DNA of 64,000 nucleotides from a virus (taxonomy: Duplodnaviria; Caudoviricetes): positions 70,992 to 134,991 of the IMG/VR virus record IMGVR_UViG_3300028886_000004; one strand, written 5' to 3'. Of the stretch, positions 57,234 through 64,000 are shown piece by piece (positions within the stretch are counted from its first letter, which is position 1; each line of letters begins with the position of its first letter). Position numbers and translations under genes: made by a program. The notes under the pieces are model-generated. The model made no database searches, was not told the DNA's origin, and saw nothing but the letters and a program-made list of their open reading frames with translations.

Positions 57234-57383
57234 TTACATCCCCACCTCGATGTAGCCTGCCACGCAGTAGGCGGCAAGCAGGCCGAGAACGATTCCGGCG
57301 GTTTTCACCTTGTCAAGGAGTGCCTTGCGCTTGTGATACTTGATCCAGCCGCAAGCAGGTGTGTATTCGTTAACAATTCCCAT
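57234..57383 (-). CDS. small membrane protein
   Basis: GAGG RBS, 49 aa with TM (not in ORF track). Confidence 0.45.
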   Translation of the reverse strand: MGIVNEYTPACGWIKYHKRKALLDKVKTAGIVLGLLAAYCVAGYIEVGM

Positions 57384-57394
57384 TTTGATACCTC

Positions 57395-57616
57395 TTAAAT
57401 TATGAACGCCCACACGATGTTACGCGTTAAGGCAAAAACGCCGAAGGTCGCGGCAGCGGCGGCGACCCCGCAAAAGAAGGATGCCCCGGCAAAACGGTCG
57501 CCATCGTTTGAGTAATGGTCCACCCCGGATTTGTAGAGGAACACCAGGCACCCGACAATGGCGCCTACGGCGACGATGGCACAAATAATGGTGCCGATAA
57601 AAACTCCGAGCGTCAT
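57395..57616 (-). CDS. two-TM small membrane protein
   Basis: AGGAGG RBS; two hydrophobic helices. Confidence 0.6.
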   Translation of the reverse strand: MTLGVFIGTIICAIVAVGAIVGCLVFLYKSGVDHYSNDGDRFAGASFFCGVAAAAATFGVFALTRNIVWAFII

Positions 57617-57626
57617 TGCCTGCCTC

Positions 57627-57914
57627 CTACATGAAATAGCCACAGCTGGAGAAAAGGTCCACACAGAGCTTCACCTGATAGGCGAGGTTGTAGCCGCTCA
57701 CGCAGACGCTGCTCACGCCGAGCTTGAAGAAAACGTGGCCGACGCCCGGCGACACTTCAAAGGTGATGCCGGAATGTGCCCAATGCGAGCGTTCAATCAT
57801 TTCCGCAATGATATGCGCCAGCGGGCGCACCGGATCGAGCCCCGGACGATCTTCCGGGCAAATGTCCAGTTCAGTTTTGTGGATTGCGGTTTTCATTTCT
57901 TCTTCATTAGCCAT
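57627..57914 (-). CDS. hypothetical protein
   Basis: GGAGG RBS before MANEE. Confidence 0.55.
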   Translation of the reverse strand: MANEEEMKTAIHKTELDICPEDRPGLDPVRPLAHIIAEMIERSHWAHSGITFEVSPGVGHVFFKLGVSSVCVSGYNLAYQVKLCVDLFSSCGYFM

Positions 57915-58302
57915 TGTTGGCCTCCCGTTTGAGAATTTCCTTCGGGTCGATGTGGTCCACCAAATTGCTGGCGGCGGAGAAAGCGGCCCGGATATTTGTT
58001 TGAATGTTTTGGGCCGTGGCGAGGCATTCGTCCACATAGATGGTGGAAAGGCCCTTGAACGGCTTAACCTCAAAGACGCGTTCGATGCGGGACGCGCCAA
58101 AGTCCACGAAATCCAGGCGAATGTAGCCACGGATCTGTTTGAAATCACCCTTGGCCTTGCGGTCAATGTAAATTCTCACGGTGACCAAATCAAGGCGCGT
58201 TTCCAGCTCGGTGAGGTCGCGATCCTGCTTAAAGCCTTTTGCTTCAAGAGCCGCGGCGAACTCGCGGAGTTCGGCCCAGTTTACTTCTTTTGCTTCTTTC
58301 AT
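57907..58302 (-). CDS. hypothetical protein
   Basis: AGGAG RBS. Confidence 0.65.
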   Translation of the reverse strand: MKEAKEVNWAELREFAAALEAKGFKQDRDLTELETRLDLVTVRIYIDRKAKGDFKQIRGYIRLDFVDFGASRIERVFEVKPFKGLSTIYVDECLATAQNIQTNIRAAFSAASNLVDHIDPKEILKREANNG

Positions 58303-58313
58303 AGAAAAACTCC

Positions 58314-58736
58314 TTATGCGGCGGCTTTTGCCGCAAAATAATTACGGACGGTTTTGATCAGTGCGGCGACCATTTCCTTGTGGTCATCGCCGCGATAGGT
58401 GTATTCATCATTGTTTTCCAGCTCAAAGCGATATTCAAAATTGCCTTCGCCAAACGCAATGTCGCATACAAACTTATCGCCATCAAAAATGCGGAGGCGA
58501 TCGTAAAGCGGTGCGGAGATCGGGCAGCAATTCTTCCCGCTCGGGGTGAGGGCGCCTGCTTCCGGAATTGCCTTGATAAGCTGGTGGAGCGGACCGATGA
58601 ACTTGCGCGTGCGGGCGAAAAGGCCCTTTGTGGAGCAGAACCAATCATACCAAATGTCCGTGGCAATGCCGTTGCGTGCTTCCTTGGTCGGCTTTGCGGC
58701 AAACCAGGCGTCCAAAAATTCTTTGATATTGCGCAT
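58314..58736 (-). CDS. hypothetical protein
   Basis: AGGAGG RBS; WYDWFC..KNCCP..LYD motif seen in other phage proteins. Confidence 0.65.
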   Translation of the reverse strand: MRNIKEFLDAWFAAKPTKEARNGIATDIWYDWFCSTKGLFARTRKFIGPLHQLIKAIPEAGALTPSGKNCCPISAPLYDRLRIFDGDKFVCDIAFGEGNFEYRFELENNDEYTYRGDDHKEMVAALIKTVRNYFAAKAAA

Positions 58737-58747
58737 GATGATACCTC

Positions 58748-59155
58748 CTAAGCGGCGAAGCCTCTGTGCCACATAATCATATGGTTGGGCACGAGAACGA
58801 CCCTTCCGCCATCGTATTCAATGCGCCAGCAATATTTCGGGCGCTTGCGGTTGTAGCCGAGGATCTTGGCGATCTTGCCGTTAAGCAGGTGCACGGAGCG
58901 GCCGATAACCGTAGGCGCGTTCTTCACTTCGTCCGGGGCGCCTTCGATGAGGGAGGTGATTGCCATCTTGTCCCACGGATCGAGGGAGACATTACCGGCT
59001 TCGTCGGTCGCGCGGATGGTGCACTTGTAGTTGATTTCATTCTCGGTGTACGAGATGGACTTGGGGTCAAACGCCAGCCCGTTTTCTTCGCAGTACTTGG
59101 AGATGAGGGCGTTGATGGCGTCGTGGTGGGTGCGGATGTCCTTGCGTTCAAACAT
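58748..59155 (-). CDS. hypothetical protein
   Basis: AGGAGG RBS; GYN.KRPKY motif. Confidence 0.65.
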   Translation of the reverse strand: MFERKDIRTHHDAINALISKYCEENGLAFDPKSISYTENEINYKCTIRATDEAGNVSLDPWDKMAITSLIEGAPDEVKNAPTVIGRSVHLLNGKIAKILGYNRKRPKYCWRIEYDGGRVVLVPNHMIMWHRGFAA

Positions 59156-59156
59156 T

Positions 59157-59504
59157 TTATGCCTCCTTATCGGAACGGGTTTTGCGGTCAATTACAACGG
59201 TGCCTTTGTTGCGGCAATGTTCCACCAGCTGGCCGCAGTAGTGCGGGAGAATGGTGCGAAGCTTGCGCATCGTTTCGGGGTAAAGACGCGGGTAGCGTGC
59301 TGCGGTGGAACAGAAACGGGCGTGACGCGGCTGGAAGCCAACGTCATTGTGATGGATGGTTTCCTTTGCATCCTTCTCGTCCGCCGTTTGGTAATTTTCG
59401 AGGGTGCGAAGAGCGCCGACAACCCACTTGTCGTCCTTGGCGATCTTGTCCTGAAAGAAGGCGACTGCCGCCTTCTTGGTTTCAAAGTGCATCACGTTTG
59501 CCAT
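59157..59504 (-). CDS. hypothetical protein (first gene of early-type operon)
   Basis: QTADEK..T...N.VGF..Y..QL pattern; AAGGAAAG RBS. Confidence 0.7.
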   Translation of the reverse strand: MANVMHFETKKAAVAFFQDKIAKDDKWVVGALRTLENYQTADEKDAKETIHHNDVGFQPRHARFCSTAARYPRLYPETMRKLRTILPHYCGQLVEHCRNKGTVVIDRKTRSDKEA

Positions 59505-59521
59505 ATTTTCTTTCCTTGTTA

Positions 59522-59715
59522 AGCGCTACCTGCGCCGTTATGTCCATAATATACATTCGTATTTTGAAAAAGACACCCCTTTTTGAGAAAAATTTTCACT
59601 TTTCTTTAAATTGCGGAATTTTGCGCAAAAACGGCGATTTAAGGCAAAAAGAAAAGGCGCCGCGTATTTGGGCACCTTTATAATTATATGCGGTTATAGG
59701 CGCCGTTATGCGCCA
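59522..59715 (-). promoter_or_regulatory. early-type promoter, leader hairpin and periodic element
   Basis: GTGTCT-17-TATATT on - strand; core repeat at 59623-59646. Confidence 0.75.
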
Positions 59716-61163
59716 AAGGCATCCACTGTTTCAGCGTTTGCCTTCCCTTCCGCAACGTCTTCCGGGGGTTCCTCCTCGTTAGGCGCCGCCCAAGCTTCTC
59801 CGCCGCCAAGCGGGCGTTCAGCCAGCGGGTTCGGTTCGGCAGGCTGGGGAGCAGGCGCAGCAAAGCGGCCGCCGCCATACTTGCTCGGGCGCACCGGGAT
59901 GGAATCTTCGCGGGCTTCCCACTTGGCGATGACGCGGCGGGTAAGTTCCGCATTCATCTTCGGGTCGGTTTCACACATGCGGATAAGTTCGTCGCGCGTA
60001 TACTGGCGGCCGAAATATTCGATGTATTTTTCCTGAAGCGCCGGGTCGGTCTTGAAGCGTTCAGCGAGCCACTCCTGCTGGAACTTCATAGAGACCTGAT
60101 AGTTCCCGCCCTTGGCCTTGTTCGCAGCCTTCACCTCGTCCATCACGCCAACGTCGGTGAGCCACTTTGCAAGAGTGTCCTTGTTAAGATCGTGGCCTTC
60201 AACCCACTTGATGGAATCGGAACCTTCAACGAACTTGCCGTCCTTGCCACGCAGGTCGAAGAGGAAGTCGAGGTTGCTGCCGATATTGTCAATGCCGTAG
60301 TTGAAATAAACGGAGTAGTAGATGGTGCGGTAAGGACGAGGCGTCTTGGACTTGAATGTGGTTGCCTTGACGTAGGCGCCGGTTACAAGATCGTCCGCCT
60401 TTTGAATCGGGCGGCCATCAACGCCGAGCTTGGCAATCGTTTGGAGGAAGATGCGGGTGTGGCAATAAAATTCCAATGCCTTTCCACACGAAACGTCCCA
60501 CTTCTGTCCGTAGCCCATCGAATCGATTTTGTCACGAATCTGCGAAACAATGATGAGCGAGCAGTGCGCGTCTTCCAGCTTCTTGTGCTTGGGGCGGAAG
60601 AAGTTTTGGCTGAGGAACTTCGGAATTTGCATCCCGTAGTCGCCTTTGTCCTTCACTTCATTTCCGGTCTTGAGCTGACCGAGGCGGGCGCCTTCCATCG
60701 CTTCCTTCACGGCATCGCTCAAACCATCAAGGGAGTCAACTGCATAGATGCCAACCGCGTCCTTGTCCAGCTTGTCCAAGTGTTCAAGGAAAAGGGAAAC
60801 GTGCGCATCCATATCTTCCACTGTTGCGGAGTCCTGGACTTTCTTGTTGCCGATGCGGAGGTAGCCTTCGTCGTCAATCGGGCGAATGTTCACGCCGTAA
60901 AGCGCTTCTGTGTTGAAGGTGTCGCCGCTTTCGCAGTCATCCGAGAACCAAGCGAACTTGTCCGGATCGCCGCCGTTCACGTGGTAGTTTGCCGCGATAA
61001 TTTCGTTTTTCAAGAAGGACTTGCCGGAAGATTTGTCGCCAGCAAGATTGAGGATTGCGCCATAAGGCAGGCCCATCACGCCTTTGTCCCCGCCAACGAG
61101 AAGGTTGAAGAGGTCGGACCCCATACTCATGTAAGGGACCTTTTTTACAGTTTCTTTCGCCAT
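59706..61163 (-). CDS. RecA/UvsX-like recombinase
   Basis: GLPYG, Walker A GDKSSGKS, AVDSL, IVSQIRDKI, GKALEFY. Confidence 0.9.
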   Translation of the reverse strand: MAKETVKKVPYMSMGSDLFNLLVGGDKGVMGLPYGAILNLAGDKSSGKSFLKNEIIAANYHVNGGDPDKFAWFSDDCESGDTFNTEALYGVNIRPIDDEGYLRIGNKKVQDSATVEDMDAHVSLFLEHLDKLDKDAVGIYAVDSLDGLSDAVKEAMEGARLGQLKTGNEVKDKGDYGMQIPKFLSQNFFRPKHKKLEDAHCSLIIVSQIRDKIDSMGYGQKWDVSCGKALEFYCHTRIFLQTIAKLGVDGRPIQKADDLVTGAYVKATTFKSKTPRPYRTIYYSVYFNYGIDNIGSNLDFLFDLRGKDGKFVEGSDSIKWVEGHDLNKDTLAKWLTDVGVMDEVKAANKAKGGNYQVSMKFQQEWLAERFKTDPALQEKYIEYFGRQYTRDELIRMCETDPKMNAELTRRVIAKWEAREDSIPVRPSKYGGGRFAAPAPQPAEPNPLAERPLGGGEAWAAPNEEEPPEDVAEGKANAETVDAFGA

Positions 61164-61276
61164 AAAGAAATTCCTTAATTGTTTTAGTGATTCATTCATT
61201 TATTCGATTTTAAAAAGGGAAACGGGAATAAAAAGGCCGCCCGCACTGGTCGGGCAGGCCTTGAAGAACCACGTGA

Positions 61277-62401
61277 TTAGAACGTGGGTTCCGGATAACC
61301 GGTGGCGGGAGCTGCTTCAGCGGCCGGAGCTGCTGCCGGAGCTGCGCCCGGAGTAGGACGTGCGCCATGCGGAACCTGAGCGCTTGCACTGCCATACGGA
61401 GTAGCGGCAGCGGCGGCACCATACGGATTAGCCGGAGCACCTGCTGCCGGGGCGCCATACGGATTAGCGTTCGGAGCCGGAGTTTCCTGAGCGGGAGCCT
61501 GATACTGCGGCTGAGCCGGCGCCGGAGCCTGCTGCTGGTAAGCCGGAGCGCCGTAGTTGGCCGGAGTTTCCTGAGCCGGAGCCTGATAGGCAGGAGCGGC
61601 GCCCTGAGCCTGATAGCCAGCGGCGGCACCCTGAGCCGGAAGGGCATCGGAGCCGTAGAGGGCCTCGTTGATTTCCTTTTCGGACGGGATGTGGAGGAAG
61701 CGGTCAAGTCCCGGAATGTTGTCGAGGATGTTCTGCGGAATGGCATACTGACGCGGGAGGAAGTCGAAGTTGGTTGCTTCGGTGAAGTTGAAGCCGCCAC
61801 CGGACTTGGAGTTCACGCGGAATGCCACGATCTTGCCATCGGTGCCCGGGTTGGCGAACGGAATCGGACCGGGGAGGCCGAGACGGCGGCCCTGCACTTC
61901 GGCGGCGTCAAGGAGAGCCTTGCCAAAGGTGGCGTAGCTGGTAATGAAGAGCTTCGGGGTCGGATCGCCGCCGATCGGGTTGCCGTGAACATCCACATGC
62001 TGAACCCAGAAGGCGCAACGGTGGGATGCCTTGGCTTCGCCTGCGCCGGAGTTGCGGGAGGCTTCGCAGAACGGGCACTTGGTGCCGTACATGCGCTGAA
62101 GACAAAGGGTTGCGCCCTGCGTAATGCCTTCGACGCGGTGGGTCCACATTTCGAGGAGGTATTCGCCCTGGCCGATCTGTGCGGTGCCGTTGTGGACGCC
62201 CATGTGGTTGGCGGTTTCAATGCCCCACGGAATGATGTTGAGGTAAACGTCCTGACCGATCATTTCCTTCTTCATTGCGAAGTACTTGGTGCCGGCGGGA
62301 GCGTCGATGATCTGCGGACCGGAGGTGCCGAAGCTGTCCTTCGATGCCTGAGCGTTTGCCTGTGCTGCGTTGAGATTCATTGTTTGCGGATTGTAAGGCA
62401 T
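61277..62401 (-). CDS. single-stranded DNA-binding protein (gp32-like)
   Basis: H..C..CPFCE Zn site; long low-complexity tail; between UvsY-like and RecA genes. Confidence 0.75.
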   Translation of the reverse strand: MPYNPQTMNLNAAQANAQASKDSFGTSGPQIIDAPAGTKYFAMKKEMIGQDVYLNIIPWGIETANHMGVHNGTAQIGQGEYLLEMWTHRVEGITQGATLCLQRMYGTKCPFCEASRNSGAGEAKASHRCAFWVQHVDVHGNPIGGDPTPKLFITSYATFGKALLDAAEVQGRRLGLPGPIPFANPGTDGKIVAFRVNSKSGGGFNFTEATNFDFLPRQYAIPQNILDNIPGLDRFLHIPSEKEINEALYGSDALPAQGAAAGYQAQGAAPAYQAPAQETPANYGAPAYQQQAPAPAQPQYQAPAQETPAPNANPYGAPAAGAPANPYGAAAAATPYGSASAQVPHGARPTPGAAPAAAPAAEAAPATGYPEPTF

Positions 62402-62433
62402 ATTGATTTTTCCTTTTTGTTTTTGGTGTTAGA

Positions 62434-62931
62434 TTACTGATTCGATTTGAGGTTTTTATTCTTGATGGAAAGGCGCACGGCATCGGCGATGGCAGCTTCG
62501 GTGCTGCCATTAAAGCCGCCCGAAATTTCGAGGCGCACTGCGTCGTCAATCATAGATTTCTTGTGGTCCATTGCCCAGCGGGCATTTTCAAGCAGACCGG
62601 CGGCGGCTTCGGCGTCAATGAGTTCATTCTCCAACATAATAAGGTCGGAGTCCACGCCGAGCATTGCCTTGATTTGATTTTCGGTGAGTTTGTTGCCCTC
62701 TTTTTGGGCCTTTTCACGAAGCGCGAGTTCCTTCTCGCTTGTCGCCTGCTTCAAACGTAATTTTGCTTGAGCCGCCTCCCGCTTTGCATTAACCGCGAGC
62801 TTTCCGTAATACTGGAACCAGGAGGATTGTTTGCGAATGTCTTCGTTAAGATCAATGATCTTGAAGTTGTCCGGATTGATGTTGACCGGTCCTTCGGACA
62901 TCTCGGGTCGGTCCAAGTCGAATTTTTTCAT
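62434..62931 (-). CDS. UvsY-like recombination mediator
   Basis: Helical; KLTENQIKA, A.DHKKSM motifs; context. Confidence 0.65.
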   Translation of the reverse strand: MKKFDLDRPEMSEGPVNINPDNFKIIDLNEDIRKQSSWFQYYGKLAVNAKREAAQAKLRLKQATSEKELALREKAQKEGNKLTENQIKAMLGVDSDLIMLENELIDAEAAAGLLENARWAMDHKKSMIDDAVRLEISGGFNGSTEAAIADAVRLSIKNKNLKSNQ

Positions 62932-63055
62932 TTTGTATACCCTATTAAAAATTAGCCGTAGCAGTTTGTGTTGTGGGTATTCATATTATACGAAATGTGC
63001 GCACCCTTTCCAACCGTATATTAAGGCATCGCATTTTCATAAAGGACTATACGCA

Positions 63056-64000
63056 ATGGGATTTTTTAATTTAGGCGTGGCGCCTGAAAAGCAAGAAAAG
63101 AAAAAGTCAACCGCAACATTGCCTCCGCCGAATGCACCCGACCCCGGGGTAGTAGGCAATATGCTTTCCGGCATCCTTTTTGTTGGTGACTATCCGCTAA
63201 TAGAAAAATACACCATCAACCTGCCGAAGCCGTGGGAACGCAGCGCCTCCGGTCCTTCTTTTATTGAGGACCCGATGAAGCCGCTCCAATCTCCCCGCTT
63301 CAAGGAATTGTGGGAGATCTTCCGCGATATGGGTATGGATGTGGCGGACGCCTTTGAACAATTCGGCTTCGTTAACGCCGTCCCCAATCGTTGGCAGGGA
63401 ACCGACCTGAGCAATAAAACCGCGTCGATGTTTGCTCCAAGGCTCAGCCAAATTATAATGCAGTATCGGCCGAAGGTGATTATCCCGGTCGGCATTATGG
63501 CTACTTGGGCGGTGCTCGGTCCGCGTCTCTCCGGGCGTATCTCCAATACAAAGGCGGATGACTTTTTTGGCAAGACCATCCCCGACCGTTATTACAATGC
63601 TTGGGTGTGTCCGACTTGGGGTTGCCCGTTTATGGCTGGTTTCCGTCGCAAGGCCGAGGAAGATAACGCCTATCGTAAACAGCGCATCGCGCATATCACG
63701 GCGGCCATTGATTTGGCAAATAAGCCGTTCCCCGTAATTCCAAACGATTTGCGCACCACGGAAAATCCGTTGGAGGCTGCACAATGGATAAGCGATGCCA
63801 TCCGCGAGGCGCTTTATTTCGACCCGCATCCGGATATGGCAATAGACTACGAAACCACCGGAATCAAGCCGCATCGCCCGGAGCAGCAAATTGTGGCAGG
63901 CTCCCTCGCTTGGCGTGCCAACGGCAAGTATCGCGCGATTGGCTTTAAGTGGGACAAGGATTGTCCTCAACTCATTGATGCTTGGCACGAACTTTATAAG
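63056..64000 (+). CDS. DNA polymerase with N-terminal UDG-like domain (SPO1-type), partial
   Basis: ILFVGDYP, FVNAV, RPKVIIPVG UDG-fold motifs then 3'-5' exo AIDYETTG; runs off window (not in ORF track). Confidence 0.75.
   Translation, partial: MGFFNLGVAPEKQEKKKSTATLPPPNAPDPGVVGNMLSGILFVGDYPLIEKYTINLPKPWERSASGPSFIEDPMKPLQSPRFKELWEIFRDMGMDVADAFEQFGFVNAVPNRWQGTDLSNKTASMFAPRLSQIIMQYRPKVIIPVGIMATWAVLGPRLSGRISNTKADDFFGKTIPDRYYNAWVCPTWGCPFMAGFRRKAEEDNAYRKQRIAHITAAIDLANKPFPVIPNDLRTTENPLEAAQWISDAIREALYFDPHPDMAIDYETTGIKPHRPEQQIVAGSLAWRANGKYRAIGFKWDKDCPQLIDAWHELYK

Noticed and set aside
1-64000. CRISPR array, integrase or transposase
   Set aside because: No regularly spaced repeats with unique spacers and no recombinase/transposase motifs seen
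1-64000. Stop-codon reassignment
   Set aside because: TAG, TGA and TAA all terminate conserved genes at expected lengths; no suppressor tRNA seen

Overview
64 kb of a large dsDNA myovirus genome (T4-like head and contractile tail), standard genetic code, no integrase or CRISPR seen. The + strand (to ~53.8 kb) encodes a 7-deazaguanine DNA-modification set (ParB-like, DpdA-like TGT fold, QueC, PRTase, FolE, QueE; no QueD in the window), HU, ThyA, portal/protease/capsid/sheath/tube/baseplate, Mre11 plus a split Rad50, anti-defence genes (NADAR, Tad1-like sponge), primase, two peptidoglycan hydrolases and tail fibre/spike. The - strand (53.9-62.9 kb) carries small early-type genes and a RecA/SSB/UvsY-like module. 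A UDG-domain DNA polymerase runs off the right end. A FISUMP-like domain suggests a Fibrobacter host. The most unusual signal is non-coding. There is only one near-canonical tRNA (Met-CAT) but at least six tRNA-shaped RNAs (892, 1200, 3184, 38401, 39439, 40110) that keep the acceptor and T arms while the anticodon/variable region is rebuilt. One has a 7-bp intramolecular kissing loop, one has tmRNA/Ala identity elements in only ~154 nt, and two carry duplicated anticodon-loop heptamers. They lie next to the que/dpd and Tad1-like genes, inside dedicated ncRNA transcription units. All protein calls are motif recognition by eye and all RNA folds are manual; none was run through a search or folding program.
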